NCBI GenBank assembly: GCA_030647775.1
Contig: JAUSJC010000010.1
Location: 338,646-402,645 of the forward strand
Direction: 5' to 3'
Origin: Candidatus Curtissbacteria bacterium
GTDB lineage: Bacteria > Patescibacteriota > Microgenomatia > Curtissbacterales > GWA2-41-24
DNA: 64,000 nt
Shown: piece after piece, positions 46,783 through 54,823 of the stretch
Layout: every line of letters begins with the position of its first letter
Position numbering within the stretch: the first letter of the stretch is position 1
Notes under the pieces: model-generated
Told to the model about the DNA's origin: nothing
The model's database searches: none
The model's input: the letters and a program-made list of their open reading frames with translations, nothing else
Translations under genes and position numbers: made by a program

Positions 46783-48120
46783 TTAATACTGCTTACTTTT
46801 AAACAAGTCTCGAAAAAATGTGTTCTCTCCTAGATACGTTACAATAATTTCTCCGGCCAGTTTATGCCCCGATTCGCGCCAGTGACCATCATATTTAAAG
46901 TATAAAGGGAAGATATTGCTGGCTTTAAATCCGGGTAACAAATTAATAACAGGCGTATTAATATCTTCGAGTCTTCTGGCTAGTTCGTCCTCGAATGGTG
47001 GTCTTGTGTCCGCTAGATGATTGTCAAACCCCAAAGCTTTTCTCCCCGGCCATTCTTGGTCGGAGACCTGCATTGCATCCGGTATCGCCATAACCACAAA
47101 GGGAATTTTGCTTTGGTCCAAAAGCGATTTCATCATGGCAATGTGTTTTACGGGTAGCTCCCAAAGTTTTGAATAGCTTTCGTCACTTAATTTACTGCCC
47201 CTTTCAATCGCCAGTATATCGCGGTCAATATCTCCTTCGTTTACGCTGTCCTGCTGCACCGGCATACTTCTTTTCTTAACGAAATCAACAATTGTCTTAT
47301 AAGTTCTTAAATTTGAGCTAAGCCATGTTTTAATTTGGTAAGAGATGCCGGGCAGGTAAATTTTTTGCTGTGGCCAATTACCGGGAGATTTATTGATTTT
47401 GCTAAAGTCGAATTTAGCTTCTCCCTTACTTACTAATTCTTCGATTTTTCGCGCGTTGAGGTTGGGATATGAAAGTTTTAGCTCGGAAAATCTTTGCCTA
47501 TCATCCCAAAAATCGGTCTGGTTGAATGCCAAAATTACGAGATCCGGGTTAAACGCGAGACCCTTTTCCTTGAGGTATAAATACTCTAAAAGCGGCGAAT
47601 ATCCGAGCACTCCGGCGCCGGTAACCTCAACCTTCTTTGAAAAATCTTGGGAATTTAATTCTTTTTCCAGGATTTTGGGGAAAGAATTCTCAAACTCAAC
47701 ACCATAACCCTGCACGAAGGAATCACCAAGTACCAAGACCCGAAAAGTGTCAGCCGGTTTTTTGGAACTTATATCATCGCCTCGAAGCCCAACGCCGTTA
47801 ATCTTATAGATGATGTCCCACTCATCGGTCTTCGAGCGGCAAATACTATTTTGAACCATTACGTGGTGAAAATTTTCATCCAGGCTTTGGCAGGGGGAAA
47901 GGTCATAAATTTTCTTCTCGAAAACTCTTAAGCCAATTTCCAAAATAATTATGGCTGCGATTATTGCGGTAAACACAATACCTGCCCTGATTAGAAATCG
48001 CTGGATTCTTTTCTTTGGGAAGATTAAAATAGCCCTAACATGTTTAAAAACTCTATTTTTATTGCTCTTTCCTATTTCCTTTTTACCTTTGGTTACATCG
48101 TCAGTAATGGTTTTTATCAT
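46783..48120 (-). CDS. Membrane-anchored SGNH/GDSL-type hydrolase or O-acyltransferase (AlgX/DltD-like), paralogue 2
   Basis: 'FRVLVLGDSFVQGYGV', 'GAGVLGYSP', 'KYDGHWRESGH'. N-terminal 47-aa tail then a TM helix. Start overlaps the divergent gene. Confidence 0.5.
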   Translation of the reverse strand: MIKTITDDVTKGKKEIGKSNKNRVFKHVRAILIFPKKRIQRFLIRAGIVFTAIIAAIIILEIGLRVFEKKIYDLSPCQSLDENFHHVMVQNSICRSKTDEWDIIYKINGVGLRGDDISSKKPADTFRVLVLGDSFVQGYGVEFENSFPKILEKELNSQDFSKKVEVTGAGVLGYSPLLEYLYLKEKGLAFNPDLVILAFNQTDFWDDRQRFSELKLSYPNLNARKIEELVSKGEAKFDFSKINKSPGNWPQQKIYLPGISYQIKTWLSSNLRTYKTIVDFVKKRSMPVQQDSVNEGDIDRDILAIERGSKLSDESYSKLWELPVKHIAMMKSLLDQSKIPFVVMAIPDAMQVSDQEWPGRKALGFDNHLADTRPPFEDELARRLEDINTPVINLLPGFKASNIFPLYFKYDGHWRESGHKLAGEIIVTYLGENTFFRDLFKSKQY

Positions 48121-49365
48121 GTCGGTGAATTAATTATTCTTTTACTCGTGACATCTGCAGTAACTGCCTTTTATTTCTACAAACAGATTTTGGCAAAGAT
48201 CAGTATACCAAATGATAAAAACTCTTTGATTTTCTTAATAAAAATAATTTTGCTGGTCAATGTGGCGCTTGTGGGGGCTAAATTGGGGGATTCGGCACAA
48301 ACAAACTGGATGATTTTTTCCATGGTAAACAGATTTTTAGCGGCTATTGCCTTGATACTTGCGATGTCTTTTTTTATCCATAAGATTAAATATTTCGAGA
48401 GGTATCGTTTCCTAATCCTGTTGGCAATCGCAATATTTATTAGGATATTTGCTGTTCTTTCCGCTCCCAGCCCAACAATCGATGTATTTTACATACTAAG
48501 AGATGGTTCAAAGCTTCTCCTTCAGGGGGGAAATCCTTACGAGCTGTTTTATCCGGCACCATATGGAGTTTATATCCCAAATATCGTTTTTCATTACGGA
48601 CCGCTGACTCCCTTTTTATTCTCGCCGTCTGTTTTTATGTTTAATGACCCAAGGCCAACCCTAATTTTGGCTGAAATAGGATCTGCCTTTTTAATTTATA
48701 TGATTGCCAAAAAGCGTAATCTGGATGAAAACATTGCAATGCTACTGGTTCTTATTTTTATGTTTCATCCCGTTTTTTCCTTTATGGTTGAACACTCTTG
48801 GCCGGACACCTTAATAACATTTTTATTCCTCTTGGCAATTTACTTTGTAAATCAAACAAAAAGATCATTGGTTCCAGGATTTGCACTTGGTTCAATTCTT
48901 GCCATAAAAAGCGTTTATTTTCTACCGCTTTTTACCTTTTTAGTTAGCACAAAAAGCCGAATGTCCAATATTCTTATCATGTTTTCGATACCGGTTGTAC
49001 TTTCCTTGCCGTTTTTGTATGCCGACCCAAAGCTTTTTTGGGAAAGAACTCAAATTTATGTAACAAACCCTGAAAGACTTGCAACCGTGCTGGCGCCGAC
49101 GAATATCTCACTAAGCATCTCGGCCGTGATACTCAAATATACCAAAATCGTTCTCCCAAGTTATATTGCGGCAATTCCGGCTTTTTTGATGGCAGCTCTC
49201 TTATTGGTTAAAAACCCAAAAATCTTTGCGTTCTCCCTGCTCTCGACCTTTTTGGTATTTATGTTTCTTTTTATGTTCGGCCCTTATGCGTTTCTTTATA
49301 ACTTTGCAATGATGGGGAATATCTTGTTATTTTCTCTTTTATTTTTGATACCCGGGAGGGATTAA
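48040..49365 (+). CDS. Polytopic membrane protein, DUF2029/GT87-like candidate glycosyltransferase
   Basis: 'IDVFYILRDGSKLLLQGGNPYE' matches the D...Y / G-N-P-Y motif I associate with DUF2029 GT-C enzymes. About 11 TM helices. 5' 81 nt overlap the divergent gene, so the start is uncertain. Confidence 0.45.
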   Translation: MFKNSIFIALSYFLFTFGYIVSNGFYHVGELIILLLVTSAVTAFYFYKQILAKISIPNDKNSLIFLIKIILLVNVALVGAKLGDSAQTNWMIFSMVNRFLAAIALILAMSFFIHKIKYFERYRFLILLAIAIFIRIFAVLSAPSPTIDVFYILRDGSKLLLQGGNPYELFYPAPYGVYIPNIVFHYGPLTPFLFSPSVFMFNDPRPTLILAEIGSAFLIYMIAKKRNLDENIAMLLVLIFMFHPVFSFMVEHSWPDTLITFLFLLAIYFVNQTKRSLVPGFALGSILAIKSVYFLPLFTFLVSTKSRMSNILIMFSIPVVLSLPFLYADPKLFWERTQIYVTNPERLATVLAPTNISLSISAVILKYTKIVLPSYIAAIPAFLMAALLLVKNPKIFAFSLLSTFLVFMFLFMFGPYAFLYNFAMMGNILLFSLLFLIPGRD

Positions 49366-49385
49366 TTTTTTAGACGGTTTTTTGT

Positions 49386-50123
49386 TTGAGAGATACTTTT
49401 GATATGAAAACTCCACCAGGCCCAATTGCAATTGTAATCCCAACTTATAACGAGGCTTTAAATATCAAAAACCTTATTTCTGCCGTAAGAAAAGAGGTAA
49501 AGAGGAACGACAAAATAATTATTGTAGACGATAGCACCGGTGATAATACCGCCCAAATTGTCAAAAAAATCGCCAAAAGTGATAAGAATGTTTTTGCAAT
49601 CGAGAGGAAAATTAAAAAGGGTCGGGGCTCTGCCATTTTCGAAGGTTTTCGCTTTGCCCAAAAATTCAAGCCCGCGTATTTTATCGAGATGGACGCGGAT
49701 TTTTCCCACGACCCGCAAGCTATCCCCGAACTGTTGGCCCAAATAAAAAAAGGGAGTGATGTTGTTATTGGTTCGAGGTACCTTGCCCAGAGTAAAATTT
49801 TGAACTGGCCTCTCTCAAGAAAAATATTCAGTAGGTTCTCCAACCTGTATGCAAAGTTCCTGCTGGGAGTTCCTATTTCGGATTTTACAAACGGCTATAG
49901 AATTTATAACGCTAAATCGGTTAAATTTCTTCTTGGCGAAGATCTAAGGTCAACCGGCTATATCATGCTTTCCGAAACGGCGTATAAGCTCAAAAAAGCG
50001 AAGTTTAAATTTGCTGAAATTCCCATTACCTTTATAAACAGGAAAAGGGGTAAATCCAATACTAACTTCTCAGAAATAAAGAATGCTTTTATAGGAATCT
50101 TAAGGATTCGTTTTACTAAATAA
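49386..50123 (+). CDS. GT2 polyprenyl-phosphate sugar synthase (DPM1/ArnC-like)
   Basis: 'IAIVIPTYNEALNIKNLI...KIIIVDDSTGDNT', 'EMDADFSHDP', 'VVIGSRY'. No C-terminal TM. Confidence 0.7.
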   Translation: MRDTFDMKTPPGPIAIVIPTYNEALNIKNLISAVRKEVKRNDKIIIVDDSTGDNTAQIVKKIAKSDKNVFAIERKIKKGRGSAIFEGFRFAQKFKPAYFIEMDADFSHDPQAIPELLAQIKKGSDVVIGSRYLAQSKILNWPLSRKIFSRFSNLYAKFLLGVPISDFTNGYRIYNAKSVKFLLGEDLRSTGYIMLSETAYKLKKAKFKFAEIPITFINRKRGKSNTNFSEIKNAFIGILRIRFTK

Positions 50124-51290
50124 ATTTCGGTAGTCAGGTTTTTCCTTGAGGAAGTCAGCAATAATATGCGCGGCTAAATCATGACCAGCTGTTTTCCAGT
50201 GAGCATCATAGTCAAAATAAAGCTTGGAAGAATCAACGTCTTTGAATTTGTCTAGTAGATCGATAAAAGCGATATTTTTCGAAGTCAAAAATTCCTCCAG
50301 CTTTTTATTAACTCCGGTCGTTTCTCCCTCGGTGAGCTTTTCCCATCCGCAACAAAGGCTTTCGGCAGCTTGCTCTTTTGTCGGTATAATTAAAACCAAA
50401 AATTTCGTACCATTTTTATTGAGCAAATCGCCTGTTGCGCCAATTACCTTTCTCACTTTTTGCCATTCGTTTTCATATTTAGGGAAACAGCTTTCAATGA
50501 AAATACATTCATCATAAATTGAAGTAGCCTCCTTTTCCGGGTCAAAATTGGAATTTTTATCAAACCCAGTGATTAATCTGTCAAAAAAAGACGATTTATA
50601 AGAATAAATTAACTGAAAAAGATGGGAGTTTCTTAGAATTGGAATTTGAAATCTCTTTCTCGGCTTAACAAATTGTAAATGTCCAAAGTTATCAACGGTT
50701 CGTAGTCTAGACTCAATTCTCTTTGGCAAACCGCCAGTGTCAACATCTACCCACTGAGTTTCAGCCAAGTCCGAAATATCATTCCATACAAAAAACCCCA
50801 TCACTACCAAATCCGGTTTAAGAGCTAGACCCTTTTCTTTCAGAAACAAATAGTAACTATCAGGAGAAAATCCTGATGCATACCCGCCATTAATAATCTC
50901 GACGTTTTCACCTTGATCTCGTAGAATATTTTCCAGAACTGCAGAGTAAGTTTGCTCGTCAGAAACACCATGTCCGAAGGTGAAAGAATCGCCAACGGTT
51001 AAAATTCTAAGAGTTTCAGCTGGTTTTTCCTTTTCAAGCTCTTTTCCTCTAAAACCTTGGCTATTGATTCTAACCGAATGAGAAAATTCTTCCTGCCGAA
51101 AGTAGCAAGTTGTATCCTTCTTAAGTTCGAATGGCAAAAGATCACTTTTGGCAAAGCATGCAGGTGATTGGCCGATGTCGAAGTTCAATGTTTCTTGGGG
51201 ATGAAACTTTGCTAAAACCATTTCGCCAGTCGCGATCGCCGCCATTATCGACAGAATCGAAATTAATAAAAAACGCCACTGCCAACTCAT
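50100..51290 (-). CDS. Membrane-anchored SGNH/GDSL-type hydrolase or O-acyltransferase, paralogue 3
   Basis: 'LRILTVGDSFTFGHGV', 'GGYASGFSP', 'DYDAHWKTAGH'. N-terminal TM helix. Confidence 0.5.
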   Translation of the reverse strand: MSWQWRFLLISILSIMAAIATGEMVLAKFHPQETLNFDIGQSPACFAKSDLLPFELKKDTTCYFRQEEFSHSVRINSQGFRGKELEKEKPAETLRILTVGDSFTFGHGVSDEQTYSAVLENILRDQGENVEIINGGYASGFSPDSYYLFLKEKGLALKPDLVVMGFFVWNDISDLAETQWVDVDTGGLPKRIESRLRTVDNFGHLQFVKPRKRFQIPILRNSHLFQLIYSYKSSFFDRLITGFDKNSNFDPEKEATSIYDECIFIESCFPKYENEWQKVRKVIGATGDLLNKNGTKFLVLIIPTKEQAAESLCCGWEKLTEGETTGVNKKLEEFLTSKNIAFIDLLDKFKDVDSSKLYFDYDAHWKTAGHDLAAHIIADFLKEKPDYRNLFSKTNP

Positions 51291-52280
51291 CTATAGAGAT
51301 TTAAAATATTCAATAGTGGCTAAAAGTCCATCCTCAAGTTTAAATTTTGGTTTCCAGCCAAGCACTTTTTTTGCTTTTGAAATATCAGGATTTCTAAAAA
51401 ATGGGTCATCCGTGGGAAGAGGCTGCGAAAATACGATTTCACTATCGCTTCCTGATAGTTCTTTAATCATTTGCGCAAATTCCAAAATCGTCCGCTCATC
51501 CGGGTTGCCCATATTGTAAACCTCACCGGTCTTGCCTTCTTCCATAGCAAGAATTTGTCCCTCAATCTGGTCATCAATAAAGCAAAACGAACGGGTCTGC
51601 TTGCCGTCGCCATAAATAGTAATCGGTTCATTTTTTATTGCCTGATTAATGAAGTTAACAACCGCTCTTCCTTCCAGCGGGTTCATTCTTGGACCATAGG
51701 TATTAAAAATTCTTGTAATCCTCGCGTCTAGTCTTTTTTCGCGTACAAACGAAGAAACAATTGTTTCTCCAAACCTTTTCGCTTCATCGTAAACCGATCG
51801 TGGTCCAGTCGTCGAGACGTTGCCTCGGTAATTTTCGCTTTGCGGGGAAACTTGCGGGTCACCATATATTTCCGAAGTGGAAGAAAAAGAAAGTTTCGCC
51901 TTATGTTTTAGCGCCAGCTCACACATATTCCATGTTCCGATTGTATTAACCTGCATCGTTTCAAAAGGATGTGCCAAGTAAGAAAAAGGGGAGTGGATAT
52001 TCGGATCGGCAGGCGATGCGAGATGGTAAATCTCATCAATCTTATTAAACTTTTTACTTTTAAACGGTTTAATTACGTCATGGTTTATAAAGGTAAAATT
52101 TTTACGGGAAAGCAGATGGACGATATTTTTCTGCGAACCCGTCAAAAGGTTATCCAAGCAAATTACAGTGTCGCCCCCTTCAACAAGCTTCTCGCACAAA
52201 TTGGAGCCGATGAATCCGGCACCACCGGTAATTAAAATCACTTTGTTCATAAATAACAAATTACAATTAACAAAAAACAA
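51291..52280 (-). CDS. UDP-glucuronate decarboxylase (UDP-xylose synthase / ArnA-C-terminal-like)
   Basis: 'VILITGGAGFIGSNLCEKL', 'CLDNLLTGSQKNIVHL' (DNxxTG..N), 'GPRSVYDEAKRFGETI' (YDEGKR motif) are UXS/ArnA-decarboxylase signatures. Confidence 0.7.
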   Translation of the reverse strand: MFFVNCNLLFMNKVILITGGAGFIGSNLCEKLVEGGDTVICLDNLLTGSQKNIVHLLSRKNFTFINHDVIKPFKSKKFNKIDEIYHLASPADPNIHSPFSYLAHPFETMQVNTIGTWNMCELALKHKAKLSFSSTSEIYGDPQVSPQSENYRGNVSTTGPRSVYDEAKRFGETIVSSFVREKRLDARITRIFNTYGPRMNPLEGRAVVNFINQAIKNEPITIYGDGKQTRSFCFIDDQIEGQILAMEEGKTGEVYNMGNPDERTILEFAQMIKELSGSDSEIVFSQPLPTDDPFFRNPDISKAKKVLGWKPKFKLEDGLLATIEYFKSL

Positions 52281-52313
52281 ACAATATCAAAATTCTAATA
52301 CAAAAACTCTAAA

Positions 52314-52679
52314 CTACTTACTCTTTTCAATTATAGAACTAAAGATTTTAAGTAGCTCTGTGGATTCTATTATAAGCAATTTCCTTTTTTCCTCTAAATC
52401 TTTGCTATCACCTGTATTGCATAATCTAAGCCAAAGACGGCTTTCTTTTACTTCTTTGCGACAGATTTTGGTTCTCATCACAAAATCTTTTTTACTTAGT
52501 GATTCATTTGCTTCAATATAATTAGCCGCTTGAGACCCTGACGATCGAACCAATTGTTTGCTATATTCATTGTTCGCAATAGACCTTGGAAGTTCTGTTG
52601 TAAAGTTTTTGCAATTTTCAGCAAATTTAAATGTCCTTTCCTCTAAATCGTACCTTTTAGAGTTTTGAACATTGGTCAT
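52314..52679 (-). CDS. Four-helix-bundle protein (23S rRNA intervening-sequence protein family)
   Basis: 121 aa. 'SSGSQAANYIEANESLSKKDFVMRTKICRKEVKESRLWLRL' matches the conserved EA...S..DF...KE..ES.YWL core. Confidence 0.55.
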   Translation of the reverse strand: MTNVQNSKRYDLEERTFKFAENCKNFTTELPRSIANNEYSKQLVRSSGSQAANYIEANESLSKKDFVMRTKICRKEVKESRLWLRLCNTGDSKDLEEKRKLLIIESTELLKIFSSIIEKSK

Positions 52680-52723
52680 TGTTTGTGTTTTGGTGCTTGT
52701 TATTTGAATTTTCCTAGAAAAGG

Positions 52724-53863
52724 TTACACTACCTTTTCTAGTACGGCAGCAATAAAATCCATTTCTGATTTTTTAAGTTGCGGGTACATTGGAAGCCTTA
52801 TCAAAGTCGCCGCCACTTCTTCCGTGACCGGCAGGTCTCCCGCCTTGTAGCCAAGCTTTTTGCCCATCGTTGAGCTGTGCAGCGGCAAATAGTGGAATGA
52901 GGCTTCAATGCCAAAAGACCTTAAATCAGAAATTACTTTGTCTCGTATAATCCGGGGCACGCGTATCGCAAATATATGCCAATTCGCCTCCGACCCTTCG
53001 CTTTTTGTCGGCAGAATAATTTTTGAAGATAGTTTCTCAAGCTTTTCCAAAAAGTACTCGGCATTTTGGCATCGAAGTTGGGTAATTTGGTCAAGTTTCT
53101 TAATCTGTTCCAGGGCAATTGCCGAAAGGATATCGGAAAGCACCAGGCTTCTGCCGACACCTACCCATGAATATTTCTTCCTTTCCCCTCTCATGAAAGA
53201 AGACCTGTCCGTGCCTTTTTCACGGATTATCTCGGCTAGCTTGTTTGCCTTTTTATCGTTTGTTATAAATGCCCCGCCCTCCCCACTGGCTGCGTTTTTT
53301 GTTCCATGAAATGAATAGCAGCCAATATCGCTGATAGTTCCTAGATACTGGCCCTTATATTTTGCTCCAAGGGCATGCGCCGCGTCCTCGACAACATAAA
53401 GGTTATACTTTTGTGCGATTTTACTGATAGTTTCCATGTCGCAGGCGAGCCCAGCGTAGTGGACGACCATGACTGCCCGCGTTTTAGGAGTTATAAGTTT
53501 TTCAATTTCAGCTGGATTTATATTGTAAGTTTTTATATCGATGTCGCAAAACACCGGTTTTGCTCCAGAAAGGAGTATTGCGTTAGCGCAGGACGCAAAA
53601 GTAAAACTGGGCAAAATTACCTCATCACCCTGTTTTAAAAGGCAACTGCAGGCAAGCTCTAGCGCCGCCGTTCCGGAGTTTGTCGGCAGTACATACTGCA
53701 CGGAGAATTTTTGAGCCATAGTTTGAGCGAGAAGCTCGCTATAAGAAAGATCGCCAACCCCTGTTCCTGTCCTCATCGCGTCTATTGCCGCGTGCTCTTC
53801 TTCTTTTCCCCAAAACGGTTTATGTAGAGGGATTTTAAATTTCGCCAGGTGTGCGCTAGTCAT
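52724..53863 (-). CDS. DegT-family PLP aminotransferase (ArnB-like UDP-4-amino-sugar aminotransferase candidate)
   Basis: 'LPTNSGTAALELAC', 'PSFTFASCANAI', 'VVEDAAHALGA'. Adjacent to the UXS-like and ArnC-like genes. Confidence 0.75.
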   Translation of the reverse strand: MTSAHLAKFKIPLHKPFWGKEEEHAAIDAMRTGTGVGDLSYSELLAQTMAQKFSVQYVLPTNSGTAALELACSCLLKQGDEVILPSFTFASCANAILLSGAKPVFCDIDIKTYNINPAEIEKLITPKTRAVMVVHYAGLACDMETISKIAQKYNLYVVEDAAHALGAKYKGQYLGTISDIGCYSFHGTKNAASGEGGAFITNDKKANKLAEIIREKGTDRSSFMRGERKKYSWVGVGRSLVLSDILSAIALEQIKKLDQITQLRCQNAEYFLEKLEKLSSKIILPTKSEGSEANWHIFAIRVPRIIRDKVISDLRSFGIEASFHYLPLHSSTMGKKLGYKAGDLPVTEEVAATLIRLPMYPQLKKSEMDFIAAVLEKVV

Positions 53864-54593
53864 TTAATTTGTTAATCATATCTTTATACTTCCCTCTAAA
53901 AGCAAGCAGCTTCCTGAAGTAATTAGCGCTGTCCGGTATAAGCCTGACTGTCGATTTTTTATCCTCTCGCCTTATAAAAAGAACCGGAACCTGACTTATT
54001 TTGAGTCCCCCGAAGTGGGCAAGCATACAAATTTCCGTATCAAAGAACCAGCCATCGTCACGTGATTTGGCAATGATTGGTAAAATTTTGGCCTTTCTAA
54101 AGAACTTAAACCCTGCTTCTGTGTCGGTGAATGGAGCCTTAAGGAGCATCGAAACGACAAAAGAATATGCTTTTGAAGATACCGTTCTGGCGATTGCATG
54201 CGGTTGGTTTTCATAAAATCGGGTCGCAATCGCCACATCATTCCCTTTTTTTATTTCCTCAATGAAAATCGGAACATAAGACGGTGAAATTTCGCAGTCA
54301 ACATCGATAAACCCACAAATCTCGCCATCGGCGACCAAAATACCGTCCCGCACCGATTTGCCGCGTCCTTCATTAATCTTATGCAAAATGAGCTTGGAGT
54401 TTTTGATTTGCCTACAAATTCTTTCAAGAGTTTCCAATGTCGAGTCGCTGCTTTTATCCTCAACAAAAATAACTTCCCATGTTCCCTTGAGTTTTTTTAA
54501 TTCTCCTACAATTTTCCCGACATTATCCTCAAAAGTCGGCCCCTCGTTGTAACAGGCAAGAATCAGTGAGAAGTCACAAGTCTTAGGTACCAT
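53856..54593 (-). CDS. GT2 polyprenyl-phosphate sugar synthase (ArnC/DPM1-like)
   Basis: 'FSLILACYNEGPTFEDNV...WEVIFVEDKSSDST', 'IDVDCE'. 8-nt overlap with the aminotransferase. Confidence 0.65.
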   Translation of the reverse strand: MVPKTCDFSLILACYNEGPTFEDNVGKIVGELKKLKGTWEVIFVEDKSSDSTLETLERICRQIKNSKLILHKINEGRGKSVRDGILVADGEICGFIDVDCEISPSYVPIFIEEIKKGNDVAIATRFYENQPHAIARTVSSKAYSFVVSMLLKAPFTDTEAGFKFFRKAKILPIIAKSRDDGWFFDTEICMLAHFGGLKISQVPVLFIRREDKKSTVRLIPDSANYFRKLLAFRGKYKDMINKLND

Positions 54594-54694
54594 TTTCCTT
54601 TGCGTATATTCTAAGGCAAAGAATAGAACTTCTCAATTATCAGCTTCTTTTGGTATTGCAAAGGAATTCGTTTTTACACTATTATTACCGGGAT

Positions 54695-54823
54695 ATGGCC
54701 GCCGGTTCCGTTGAAGCTCAGGAACTTACTAAATACCCGCTCACAAAATCGGTTCTGGATATAGGCTGCGGCTTTGGGGAATTTCGGTGGGTTAATATTT
54801 ACCATTCCAAATTATGCTTATAA
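54695..54823 (+). pseudogene. Remnant of a class I SAM methyltransferase (43-codon N-terminal fragment)
   Basis: Translates to 'MAAGSVEAQELTKYPLTKSVLDIGCGFGEFRWVNIYHSKLCL*'. 'VLDIGCGFGEF' is a perfect MTase motif I. Locally GC-rich. The stop overlaps the start of the following membrane gene. Confidence 0.35.
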
